The notes under the pieces are model-generated. The model did no database searches. It saw only the letters and a program-made list of their open reading frames with translations, and was not told where the DNA came from. Shown here one piece after another: positions 51,901 to 64,000 of a DNA stretch of 64,000 nucleotides. Positions within the stretch are counted from its first letter, which is position 1. Every line of letters begins with the position of its first letter. Both the position numbers and the translations under genes were made by a program. The DNA is taken from the NCBI GenBank assembly GCA_050273025.1, contig CP158635.1, positions 30,752,001 through 30,816,000 on the forward strand, written 5' to 3'. Source of the DNA: Cenococcum geophilum. Its lineage: Eukaryota.

Positions 51901-52110
51901 TGTTACGGCTTGTACAAATGCCTCTAAACCGAAGCTTGTAGAATGCTATATTACGAAGATACTAAGCTAAAGAGAAGGAAAAGGGGTTGCTAGGACCGAT
52001 GTAAACAAATATATAGGGTGAGCCGCCAAGGCGCTAGCTTTAGGCGGGCCAATCGCAGGTCGGTAGAATATGGCAGAATTTGGCAGGTAATATGCGATAG
52101 CGCTGTTATA
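51901..52110 (-). repeat. 5' LTR of Gypsy element 2
   Basis: Direct repeat of 45924-46133. Confidence 0.95.
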
Positions 52111-53295
52111 GGATGCAATGGAAATAAAATCTCTTCTATTAATACAGCAAGAGAAGACTCTTCTTAGGTACATTAATCTTCTTACTAAACGTGGCCTACC
52201 TTCTTCAATATAGAAATAAAGAAGAAGGCTAGAAACGGAAGATATTAGAGGCTTTTAATATTAAATAGATACGGATTTTATATTAATATAAACTTCCTTA
52301 ACTGGTATTACAAGTATAAGATATTAGGAGCTATATTTCCGCTTTATTTAACCCACCAACTATAACCTCTTAACGTTAGTCTCTTTTCTCCTCTTAGTAT
52401 ATATTACAGCTAAGAACTTAATAATCTTATCTATAAGATTTAGGGCCTCTCTTCCATTATAAAACGCGATTTCTTCCGTCTATTCTAGGCTGCCTATAAT
52501 AGGGCCTTTACTAAGAACAATATACTTAGTAAGTGGGCAAATATTAGGCTTAATCCCCTTAATCTAGAGGCCGTTTTTAGCGCTGTTAAGACCTAATAAA
52601 AGCAAGCTAAAACCTCTTAGCCTTTATTAAGGGACTTAAATACCTTAGCCCTCTTAGTAAGTGAGTGGAGGAAAGTGCACAAGCTTCTATAAGACGTGGT
52701 TAATAAGGTTATAGAGCTGTAGGCTAAAAGGCTTAAAAATACGGTTCTTAAGCTTACCACTAATATTGCTTTCCTTTGCTTAGAAAATAAGGGCCTCTAA
52801 AAGGCGTTTAATAATAATAAGAAGAAGAAAAGAACTTGTGGCAAGCCTCTCTTTAATAAACTACGTGCAGAGACTAACTGTAAGGCTATATTCTTTAGCC
52901 CCTTAAAAATTAAGCGAGCAATAGAGCTTTAAGAGGAGCGTAAATAACTATAATACTAAGAGGAGGTACGCCGACAGAATGAGAAGATTTAGAAGCAACT
53001 TATAAAGGAAGAACGACAGCTTGCGATAGTGTAGAGGAAGCAGGTTAGAATATAAGCCAAGATTTAACGAGAGAAGGAGGCAGCTGAAAAACGCCGTTAG
53101 AGAGAGGAGGCTGTATATACTCGCGCAGCAAATCTACAGCTTTAAAACGACCTTAAGCTAATAAGAGGAGGTAGACGGAAGAAACAAGCTTCTAAGTAGT
53201 CTCTTATTGTTATTTTAAAGGTCGTAATTAAGGTAATAGATAGGGTGGTTATATCTAGGGCTTCTCGCGCTCAATACTAAATCTAACGACTTCCT

Positions 53296-56200
53296 ATGGT
53301 TGGAAAATCTCATATAGTAGCTTATTACCTCAGAAGCTCAGACCAAAAAATCGATTATGCGGATATAGGAATATCCGCACCGTCCACTAAGCTAATTTAG
53401 GACGGCAATCGTTTTCTTAGTCTAAGGGACTTTGGCGAGATTTATAGAAAACCTAAATATAGTTTATATAAGAAGACCTTATTAACTTTAACAAAATTAA
53501 TCTACCCTCCCACAATACCTATTGATATAAAAATTATACTAAATTATAGAGAAAAGCCTACTCTATAAGTTATAAGATCCTCAACTCCTTATACCCGCGC
53601 GACGTTAAGAGGAAGTCGTCGCGGCAGAGGCTATAATTCCACCTCTATACTACCGAGCTGCGTAGTAACCACTAACGCTAAACGCCTACGCCTACGCCCG
53701 CCCTCTCCACAGCCAGCGGATATTCTATCTGCGGATATTCCATCTATGGATATTCTATCTACAGATATTCTATTTACGGATATTCTATCTACTAATTAGA
53801 TAAGGACGTTAAAGGAAGAGAAGGTTAATATTATTAAGGACCTTCTATAAAAATAGGGTTAGCCTTTTTATAGGCTGGTCTCTAAGTATTTTAAAAGCAA
53901 GAACGGGCATAGAGGTAATAGAAAGAAGAAAAAAGTAAGGGACCTATTTATTACTTTACTAGAGGATAAGGAAATATAAGAAGAACTTATTAACACGCCT
54001 AATATTTATACGACGCTAGTAACCTATACTATCCGCTATATCTAGAAAAAGCTCTACTAACTATAGTTATAACGCGGCCCCTTTAACACATAGACTCTAG
54101 ATATAGAGTTTAAGAATATTAACCTTAAGAATACAGCCAAATTTGTTTAGCAGTATAGTCCGCTGCTATTCTAGCTTATTAATAGGATATCCATACTAAA
54201 TAGAGAGGAACATAGTTAGGATCCGTATAGCGGACGTATAGTTATAGTTACCTTTATATTCCTACTAGGGTTTACCTAAAACTTCGTAAACGGTTTCACC
54301 TATCTACTTAGTCTATATCTTTAGGCACTTAGTATAAAGCGCCGTGTACTATTTTTCCTATATAGTCTTAGTCTAATTAATAGTTATAAGACTCTTAATA
54401 CTAGAAAGCTTAGGCTAGCTAAACGTTTTAAGAAAGGTCCTATTAATTCTACTGGGCCTTCTAGCGCTAATAACCCTTAAGAAACTAATTAAGTCTCTAT
54501 CTATTTATAATAATGTCTACATTATTTATAATAACTTTAACTATTACTAAAAGACTTAATATTAGGTTATCGGCGAGATTAGCGAGTTTAATTCGTATAC
54601 TATAGAAAAGATTTTACGCGGAGTATATATGCCTAAAGGGGGCCTTAAGCAGTTAATGTTAAATAACACCCATTAACTTAAGCTAGATAAGGTTGTTAAT
54701 ACAGCTAGGAATAGGTTTAATAATCTCTAAAAGTAGATATCTATAAGTTTTATTGCGGACGCTATCCAATACGCGTATCCTATTGCGGTTGATGGTATAT
54801 TCGGCTCTAACGCGGATATTAAATATCCGCGTATACTAGTAGTTAATATTCTCCCTTATAAAAGGACAGAGTATATAACTCTAGGACCTATTCTAGATAG
54901 CGAGGCTTCTATTAACGGCAACTATTGTATAATAAAGAATATTTTCCTGGAACAACTGCAGTATAATTATAAAACCGCTTTTAATAACTAGCTTTTCCTA
55001 GTATACGGAGATTAGAAGACCGTAAAGCTTATTTAATTATATAAAGAGGAGCGGGTTAAGGCGGAAGGTGCGTATAATAGCTATAAGTAGGTATTGCCTA
55101 TTCTGGGGCTATGGCATATACGATTAAACTTCCTATATATAATTATGCGTACATTCTATAGGGGTAAGGAAGCAGCGTAGTAGTTTTTAGCGCTTTATAC
55201 CTATATAAACTACCTAGGATAGCATAATATTTCTAGGGAAAAGGCCCCTTTCTATTATATAGAAGAGCTGATCCTCTATAGCTTTAACGCTTATGTTATT
55301 ATATTATTCCTGCTCTATATCCGCAACAAGTATAATATTAAAGCAGATAGCGAGGCCGAGTAGTATATACGAAACCTATCTCCGCAGCAATTTCTGGAAT
55401 ATATTAAGGATATCCGCATAGCGGCTTTCTTAAGAAATGTATGCCGCGATATAAATTAGCGCACGTTAGATTATTCAGAGCTACCTACTAATAGACATTA
55501 GCTAGCAGCGACATTATCCTCTATGGATATATTAAGTTCCACCGCTAATAACTAAGTTCCTTAGAGTGACAATACGGAGTTCTTTAATTATATCCGGTTT
55601 TTATAGGTTGTTAATACTTATAAGCTTCTAAAATATGCTATTAAGTATACGGATATCAGACTACTAAAGCATATAATACCCCGCCTTTGCTTATACTTTG
55701 CTAGAAACTCGTTAAAGAACTATATATATAATATACTGCTCCTATAGTGACTAGTTAAAATAAGCGCTTATAATCTAGTGCTTTAACGGGCTATCCTTGC
55801 CAATAGTTTAGTTAACCTCTAAGGGCGGCTAGATAGCTTCTTTGAGACGAATCGCCTTAATAAGCTGCTAAATCTTTAACTTAAGGAGTTGCTCTAGGCG
55901 CGTGGGAATTCGACGTTTGGTATAGATGAGCTGTTTAAGTAAAGTGTTCTTATAATAAGTTACACTAGTACGCTCCGCGATATTTTTAAGTGTATATTTA
56001 GTAAGCGTATAAATAGCGAATATATAACCAAGTCTCCAGCGCTAGATATCTACTATCTTACAGATTAGATTAGGAAGGATTTAATTATATAATATAGGCG
56101 GCGCTTAGCGGATTTTAAGGCTCCTTCGCTCCTATAGTGTGGATATAAGAAACTTATAAAGGATGGCGTAAATATATTTAACGCCTTCCTATTAACTATA

Positions 56201-56300
56201 GCCGGTTTGCTATTTAATCCCCTTATATATAGCTTTAGTAATACTAAAAAGAATATAAAGGTACTAGGAGAAGCTACTAAATATATTTATATAGTTTGTT
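53296..56300 (+). pseudogene. DUF6589-like / Academ-type transposase pseudogene
   Basis: De-RIPed motifs LGLHLQALGVKRRVL, YDNF, EASIDGNY.VIENIF, LVYGDQKTV, WVLPIPGLWHMRLN, LKYAIKHADIG, FAGNSSKNYA, AILANSLVNL.G.PDSFFETDRLNELLN. Confidence 0.75.
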
Positions 56301-56559
56301 ATCCTAATATTATACCTATACCTCTACTAATATATATAATAGTTAGTATATAAGTTGCTTAATAAATGCTAAGAGTAATAGTAATATATTATTTTAATTA
56401 CGGATATACTTCTAATATAAGCGGAGTATCTATAGATATTCTAATTTTATATAATAGCTCTATGCGGATATTATAATATATAATCTTCTAAATAAAAATA
56501 TAGCAAAACTAATACCTTATACTCTAGAAACTTAACCTTTAAAATAGACTCTCTATTTA

Positions 56560-58552
56560 AATATCTTCATTTTAGCTTATATAGATATCTTTATATTAGC
56601 TTATACGGATATTATTATCTTAGCTTATATAAATATTATAATATTAATTAAGTATATCTATTAAATATAAGGTAAAGACTTAATTCCTACATATATAGTA
56701 GCAAAAAGGTAAAAGCTACTATTTTATTATTATAAACTAGCAATAACAGTTAACCTATAGCAATAGCTAACTTATATCTACTTATATTTAATATCCGGTA
56801 GCCTAGCATTACGTATAAGTATAATAATACTACGCCTTAGGAACGCAAGCTTATCCTTTATCTTACTAAGAGAATCTTTAAACTTATTAAACCGGTAATT
56901 TATACCCCAAATATCTTTCGCTATATTAGTCACCTATTTATAAACTATATTAACGTGTATAAAAATAGCAATTACTAAATACACCCTAATAGACCCGGTG
57001 CCAGCAAAAGCAGTAGCAGCAATAGCAGCACCTGGCGTGCTAGCAATTAGCAAAAGAGTTAAAGGAGCAGCGGTAGAGCGGGTGCCTCTATAGCCGTGCG
57101 TACTACTATAAGTGGGAGTTTTAATGGCGGGGGAGGTCTTAGTGGGGGAAGGCGTAGTAGTATGGGCGGGGATAGTACAAAAATAAAGCTATGCGGATAT
57201 TAGCAATATCCGTATTATTAATATGTAGATATTATACCTTCTTAGTAGGCGTTTCAGCTGGATTATTAGTAGAAGCTAACTTTGTACGTTTTTTGCCCTA
57301 AGGTATAACCGGCTTTAAATTTAGTAAACCTTTCTATACGCGTATTAGCTGACAGAATAATAGTATACTATTAGCATATACCTTTCCACACGACCTGCCA
57401 CCTATATAATATCTTAAGCACATACCCCTAAAATAAGGCCTAGAGTCCTTCTTATAAACGCGATATTTACGGCTATGCTTTTTGTATAGAGTATATAGCG
57501 GATTGCGTAGCTTACTAAAGCTACCCTTAATATTCTGGACGTGTGTTAATATCCGCTGGCGACTTTCCTTTATATTATCCTAAACACCAGCTTTTAGAGT
57601 GTACTATTTATTCGCTAACAGTACTTGGATAGAAAGGCGCTTATTTATATTAGGAGTATTATAGAGATTGTAAGGGCTACTAAGATTTCGAGGGCTGTGG
57701 AGATTATAAGGGCTTCGGAGATTGTAAGAGTTAGCGTTATTAAAGTCTTTATCTTTATCGCTATCTAAAGATTCGCTATCTAAAGAAACCTTATATATAG
57801 TGTTTAGGTCACTATAAGAGGTAAATTAGTAGATAAGATACTAAAATAGTATAACTAATATATATAATTTAATAGCTATTTTAAGCTTTATATTCGTATC
57901 AGTAGCCTTTTTAGCCTGCTTTTTAAGAAAAGAAGATAAACGAGCCTTATTAAGCCTCTTTTTAGAAGCATTAGGCGGTAGTAGTGGAGAGGTAGATAGT
58001 AAAGTAGTGGATAGCAAAGTAGCCCATAGTAAAGATATAGGCAGCGGAAAGGTATCCAGTGAAAAGGTAAGCGGGTTTTTAGCGGATTTTGCTTTATCCT
58101 TATTATCGTCATCTACTAAATCCTATAAAGAGCGCCTCGGTATATATTTCCTAAATTATATTAGCTATAGGCATAATTTAGTATTAGAAAGCTTACTCTT
58201 TAGAAATAGAGCCCAAAGGCTTAGTAAGAGCAGCTATAGCGTGCTTAACAGCATTAAACTCCTTATTGTTAATATCGCGTATATCGAGTTCCTTAACTAC
58301 CTAATTGCTATTATTTATATTAATATTATTTAGAGGTGTAAATAAAGGCATTATAGATTATAGTATTTTAAGGGATAGTACATAAAATAACAATAATAAA
58401 GTTTGTGGTGCAGTGCTATAAGGTAGAAGGTTAGTAGAGGAAGAAGAGGTACGGAAGTTAATTAAGGTAAATATCCACGCTGCCAATTTTATTAAATTAG
58501 CTCACTAACAAATAATTACTGCTATAGTGACTTACCTTAGTAAACATTAACG
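56560..58552 (-). pseudogene. Unknown multi-exon gene, tandem copy A
   Basis: Colinear diverged homolog of 58566-60525; S/T/P-rich and acidic segments plus conserved blocks (GRSCGKVYA..ILLFCQL.R; DSLSK.KDKLAF.RR). Confidence 0.55.
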
Positions 58553-58565
58553 GTGCAGATATATA

Positions 58566-60525
58566 AATATCTCTATTTTAGCTTATACGGATATTCTTAT
58601 CCTAGCCTATACGGATATCCTTATCCTAGCCTATACGGATATTATAATATTAATTAAAGTATATCTATTAAATATAAGGTAGAGACTTAATTCCTATATA
58701 TATAATAGCAGAGAGATAAGAGCTACTATTTTATTACTCTAAACCCGTAATAACAGCCAACCTATATCTACTTAAATTCTATATCCGGCAACCCAGCATT
58801 ATATATAAGTGTAGTAATACCACGCCTTATAAACGCAAGTTTATCCTTTATCTTACTTAGAGAATCTTTAAGCTTACTTAACTGGCGATCTATAGCCTAA
58901 GTATCTTTTGCTATCTTAGTTACCCGTTTATAAACCATATCAACGCGCGCGGAAATAGCAATTGCTAAATACGCCCTAATATTTTCTGTGCTAGTGGGAG
59001 CGGTAGTAGTACCAGAAGTAGTACCACGCGTGCTAGGAATTAGTAAAAGAGTGGGAAGAGTAGCGGTAGAACGGGTGCCTCTACGGCTGTGTATATTACT
59101 ATAAGTGGGAGTCTTAGGGGGAGGGAAGGTCTCTAGAGGGGGGATAGTACGGGTATAAAGCTATGCGGATATCAGTAATATCTATATTATTAAAATGCGG
59201 ATATTATACCTTCTTAATAGGTATTCCAGTCGGACTACTAGCAGAAGCTAATTATGCACGTTTTTTACGCTAAGGTATAACCGGCTCTAGTTTTAGCGAA
59301 CTATTCTATATGCGTATTAGCTGATAGAATAGTAGTATACTATTAGTATATACCTTTTTACACAACCTACTACTTAAGCGATATCTTAAGCACGCACCTC
59401 TAAAATGTAGCCCAGCGTTCTGCTTATAAACGTGGTATTTATAGTCTTACTTAACGCATAGAGCGTATAGCAGATTACGCAGCATACTAGAGCTACCCTT
59501 AATATTCTAGATATAGGTATATATCTGCTAACGAGCTTCCTTTATATTCTCCCAAGTACTAGCTTTTAGGGTATACCATTTATTTACTAACAGCACTTAA
59601 ATAGGAAGGCGCTCTTTTATATTAATATCCGACGTTATAGCTTAGGCTATCTGCGTACTGCGGAGCTTATAAGGGCTACGGAGATTATAAAAGGATAGAG
59701 GAGGGCTTTTAAAAGAGTCGGCGTTATTAAGATTACTCTCTTTATTATTATCTAAAATCTCCAACATTTCTATTAGGTTACTATAAGAGGTAAATTAGTA
59801 GACAAAACACTAAAAGAGTATAGCTAATATATACGATTTAAAGGCTATCTTATACTAAATATTTTGCGTAGCAATTCTATTAGCCTGCCTCTTAAGAAAA
59901 GCAGAAGCATAACAAGGATTAAACTTTTTAGAAGTAGTAGGCAATAAAGAAATAGGCGGCTTAAAGGTAGGTGGTAAAGAGGTAAGCGGTAAAGAAGTAG
60001 GCGGTAAAGAGGCAAGCGGTAAAGAAGTAGGCGGCAAAGAGGTAAGCAGTAAAGAGGTAAGCGGATTTCCAGCGGATTTTGTAATAGCATTATTATAGTG
60101 CTCTGCTATATCCGACAAAGAGTGCTTTAGTACATATTTCCTAAAATTATATTAGCTATAGGCATAATTTAGTATTAGAAAGCTTACTCTCTAGGCAAAG
60201 ATTCTAAAGAATTAGTGAAAGAAAGAGCGTCCTTAAAAGCGTCCTTAATTATTTTATCATTAATATTACGTATATTAAGTTCCTTAACTAAATAGCTGTT
60301 AAATATATTTAGAGGTGTAAATAAAGGCATTATAGATAGTGGTATGCTAATGGACAATAGATGAAATAATAACGGTAAAGTTTATGGTGCGGTGCTATAA
60401 GGTAGAAGGTTAGTAGAAGAAAAGGTGCGGACGTTAATTAAAGGTAAATATCTACGCTGCCGATTTTATTAAATTAGCTCACTAACAAATAATCGCTGCT
60501 ATAACTCACCTTAGTAAAAATTAAC
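58566..60525 (-). pseudogene. Unknown multi-exon gene, tandem copy B
   Basis: Colinear with 56560-58552; ORF 59855..60118 (TSLPP repeats) is a surviving exon. Confidence 0.55.
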
Positions 60526-60539
60526 CACTTTATATACGC

Positions 60540-63500
60540 TTATTTATAACGCGCAAATCCTTTATAGTTAAGTTACTACTAATTAAATTAAGTGGGCGCC
60601 GTCTAGTTAACTTGCGAAGTAATATTAATATAGAATTACTGCTTGGCTAAGGTGCTAAAGAAGGGTTATAAGCGGATATTGGGCTTACTTAGTAAGCGGA
60701 TTTCTTACTTTTAAAGTACGTAGATATATCCTTTTATTTTCTCTTACTATAAGGCGGACCTAATATTAGCTAAAAGGCTTAAGGTATAGTAGCCTAAGGA
60801 GAATAGATAATATCTAGTTAAGAGGATTATAAGACACTTAAACTAAATAGCTAATATAATATAGGTTCTATAGGTTATAGAAGCTTTAAATACAAACCTT
60901 AGTATCCCCTTAGATAAGAATCTAATAGACTATTTAAATACGTATATAGAGATTAACACTTAATACCTAGATATTAATTAGAGCTCTGCCCTAGTCTTAG
61001 TTAAGTTAATAAATAAGTAAAACGCCAAGGAATATTAAATACTAACGTGCTAAAGCTGCGTTATATCTAAAACCGAGGGTAGAGATTAGGCACTAGGCTG
61101 TAGGTTCTAAGCTACGCTTAGTTTAGAGAGCGGAGATTAAATATTAGACTATAAATTCTAAGCCGCACCCAATTTAGAAGGCGGGGATTAAATATTAGTA
61201 CGCGAATTCTAAACTGCGCCTAGTTTAGAAGGCGGAGATTAAGTATTAGCCTGCAAACCCTAAGCCTTAGAGTTTCCTAGGAGCGGAGATTTAGTATTAT
61301 AACTTAAATCCTAAGCCCCAGGATTTAAGAGGAGCGGAGATCTAATACTACGTTGCGAATTCTGAATTTCTGGATTTCCTACTACCTAGGAACTAGTGCT
61401 ATACTATAGATCTTAAACTTTGGAATTTTTTGTAATTGGAGATTTAGTGCTATATTACGAATATTAAACCTTAGGCTTATCTAAAAGTTAAGACTTAGTA
61501 TTATACTATAAGTTCTAATACTTAAACTGCCCTAAGGATTCGGATTTAATACTGCGCTATAGGCTTTAATATCTGGATTACTCTAAGGGCTAAATATCTA
61601 GCTATTAAGAATACTGCAATAGAGTAGTATATGTAGTTTAGGACTAGTTTACTTATAGGTTTTAGGTTAATATAAGCTAAGATATTTAAGACTTAGTTAT
61701 ATCCGTTTATAAGCTAGATACTAATAATAGCTATAAGGGCGGTAATACTTTAGTTTATAGCAGTTAATTAAGACCAGCACTCTTTATAGTTAATGCACTA
61801 ACGAGTCCCCTTTAACTTACTAACGGTAGAGGTGTCTGTAATAAGCTTCTAGATATAATAACACGTCTACTAGATTATAACGCAGCCTATAAAACACTAG
61901 TACTAAAGTATCGCGTTTCTTTCTTATAAATAAAGCGGATAAGTGCGTCTATTTTATCTCCTAGGAAGCTATAATCCTATTTAGGTAATATCCGCTTAAG
62001 GCCCTTATAAGTTAGTGGAGGTTAGATATAGAGCATGCGGATTTAATTATTGGATATAATATAACTGGAAATTAGACTCTAAACTATATCCTAATATATT
62101 ATATTAAGCCATCCTTTAATTTACTTCTTAACACTTATAAATAGATCCTCTAAGTACTTACTCTTTGCAATCTTCTTAGTATATAGTGCGATAATATTAT
62201 ACTCCTTATAAGCCTATAACAAATTATCGCAATTAGAGCAATAGCATAAACCTCTAGATAATGGACTCGTCTCCTTATACGGCTTAAGTAGAATATTGCG
62301 TAGATATTTAGTAGCTTTATTCGCGAGCTTATATAATATATCTAGAAGTACCGCCCGTTTCTCTATATTAGTCTTCACCCTCTTCTATTTTTCTATATAT
62401 TTAATCGGCAAGGCTAATAATATTATATTCTTATTAAGTATTTAATCCTCCTCCTCCTAAGCAGATACCTGCAAGATAATATTACTGTTAATTATAACAA
62501 ATAAAGCTAGATTGCTGGCGAAATCCGCTACCCTATCCTCTTATATCGCTATCCTAGTAGTAATAAAGTTACGGCCGAGTCGGGTAGATAAAGGGGCTAT
62601 AGGTTTTTAAGACTTTTGCTTTAGCGGTGCAATATCCGCAAAAGCGCCCTTATACCAGTCTTTAATAAGGATAATTATATATCCAGTAATACCGTTACGT
62701 CTAATAGCCCGTCCGAATTGCTGTAATATTATATTTAGGCTTTTATTAGGATAATAACCGTATATAATAGAACGGATAATATTTAGAATATCCGTACTAT
62801 AGGCTAGGGCGTCTAATGTAATAAGAATACGGGTAGGTAAGTCTTCTATATAAAAATTTTGATACTCCCTGCTCTTATTACATTTTAATAATATTACATA
62901 ATAACTCCGTACTGCTATTTTAGCCTACTTAATAGTATAGCCCTTAGTTATAAGCTACAAACGGATAGTATTTATATACCTATAGATATAGTTTTTAGTA
63001 TAAAGAAAGATTATCATCTTAGAAATTAATTCGGGACTTAAAACCTTTCGCCTTTTTGGCTATATAATACCTCCTATTAAATATTAGATCCGCCCAACTA
63101 ATTAATAAATAAAGGTAGCGGATATTTAACTAGGAGATGCGGATATCCTACTAGGAGCTATAGGCGTTTAGCTAGATAATGCGGATATCTAGCCAAGGGT
63201 CGCGGATATATAATCCTCCTCTACTACTGCCTCCTTAAATGCCTCTTTAATAATAAAGAATAGTGCCTTATAATTATTCTTATCCCTCCTCTTAATATAG
63301 CCCCTAATAATGGATAGGTCAGGCTAATTAATATCCATTTATTTAAGATCTGTTATACTTTAATAAAACCCCGTTAGCTTTATTACCTTTATATACGTCT
63401 CCTTATTAAGTATTATAGTATATATAAACCACGGCACTATTAAACTAAGCAGTAATTACACCTTAAAGAGCTATATGTAATAGGGCCGGAAGCTCTTACC

Positions 63501-64000
63501 CTAATTAGCAACTAAATAATACTTATTAATTATAACTAAGGAAACATGCGAGCGAAAAGTGGGCTAAGTAAGATATAGTGGAACCGTTTACTTAACAGCA
63601 ACTCTAGTAATACTAGAATATGCATAAACTAACCTACCTTAATATATTTTAGGATATCCGTATATACTTTTATTACCTCTGTATATATAAATACGGGATT
63701 TATTTCTAGAATAGCCCGTATCTTTAATAGCTGCTCCTCTCTAATTACGTTTAAAGGTAATATAATAATAGTAATAGAAGCTCGAATTAGTAATGGAATC
63801 GCCTATATTATTATACTCTTACCCTATAATATCTTCGCCGCTAGGAACAAGTCCCTCTACCTATATATTACCCATCTTAACACCTTAATTTAACTAGGTC
63901 GTCCGCTATATAAATATAAAAGCTTAATAGCTCTATCTATTACGCTTAACTGTTCGTCTTTACTTGCCTCCTATAAGGCTAGAAGCTTATCTTATATATC
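60540..64000 (-). pseudogene. RecQ-like superfamily 2 helicase pseudogene with C-terminal 17-aa repeats (5' end outside the window)
   Basis: De-RIPed DLFLAAKTSWGKS (Walker A ~63820-63855), IDECHLVADWGESFRPHY (~63480-63535), ACTATL, RILITSDALAHGTDIP..QRFGRA.R (~62700-62840), CCSNCD (~62225-62245). Confidence 0.88.
61080..61580 (-). repeat. 51-bp (17-aa) degenerate coding tandem repeat, ~10 units (QSPPSKLGAVQNSRTNI-like)
   Basis: CGGRGAT recurs at 61131, 61182, 61233, 61284, 61335. Confidence 0.8.

Larger units (their letters stand above)
45924..52110 (-). mobile_element. Ty3/Gypsy chromovirus LTR retrotransposon 2, RIP-inactivated
   Basis: 210-bp LTRs 45924-46133 and 51901-52110; perfect TSD GGATG; PPT (poly-C at 46137); minus-strand gag zinc knuckle ~50600, protease ~50370, RT VYLDDILIY ~48930, RNase H, integrase, chromodomain ~46560-46720. 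Confidence 0.95.
45695..53295 (+). mobile_element. pogo/Fot1 (Tc1-mariner) transposon, internally deleted, split by Gypsy element 2, right TIR missing
   Basis: TA + left TIR at 45695; transposase ATG 45785 (MDPINAALAALKLQDRPNYT..AKEFNV..STLSRR, HTH); resumes 52111 with RLLIL(DG..SH), FP.HSTHQLQPL(D)VSLFSPL and a coiled-coil tail. Confidence 0.9.
53296..64000. mobile_element. AcademH-like DNA transposon (transposase plus RecQ-like helicase), left end lost, extends past the window end
   Basis: Convergent DUF6589-like and RecQ-like pseudogenes; shared GCGGATAT motif throughout; no terminus visible. Confidence 0.7.

Noticed and set aside
60540..64000. Helicase as host SGS1 or a telomere-linked helicase
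   Set aside because: Heavily RIPed, paired with a DUF6589-like transposase, and no telomeric (TTAGGG)n tract in the window
1..64000. Starship captain (DUF3435 tyrosine recombinase), tRNA or rRNA genes
   Set aside because: No recognisable motifs found by eye; a strongly RIPed remnant cannot be excluded without HMM searches

Overview
AT-rich, heavily RIP-mutated (C:G->T:A, strong TpA excess, CAA/CAG/TGG read as stops) accessory region of a filamentous ascomycete; no intact conventional gene. 1-~43060 is a string of RIP-destroyed non-TE genes (Myb-like protein, protein kinase, several hypotheticals, AAA+ ATPase, NLR/TPR fragment, multi-pass membrane protein, ankyrin protein), probably cargo of a once-duplicated large element. 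It is invaded by a Gypsy chromovirus (956-11590, itself carrying an unexplained 2.8 kb insertion and an antisense Cys6 ORF), a Copia (18355-24839), a solo LTR, a non-coding LTR element and a piggyBac with non-TTAA flanks. At ~43060-45690 is a small RIP-free island with a BIR-domain-like ORF. The island is split by nested foldback/MITE elements, and the ORF reads in frame into a pogo/Fot1 transposase that is interrupted by a second Gypsy (45924-52110). 53296-64000 is a degenerate AcademH-like DNA transposon (DUF6589-like transposase, convergent RecQ-like helicase, tandemly duplicated unknown gene, pervasive GCGGATAT motif). Protein calls come from manual translation with RIP reversal; no database searches were run and most pseudogene boundaries are approximate.
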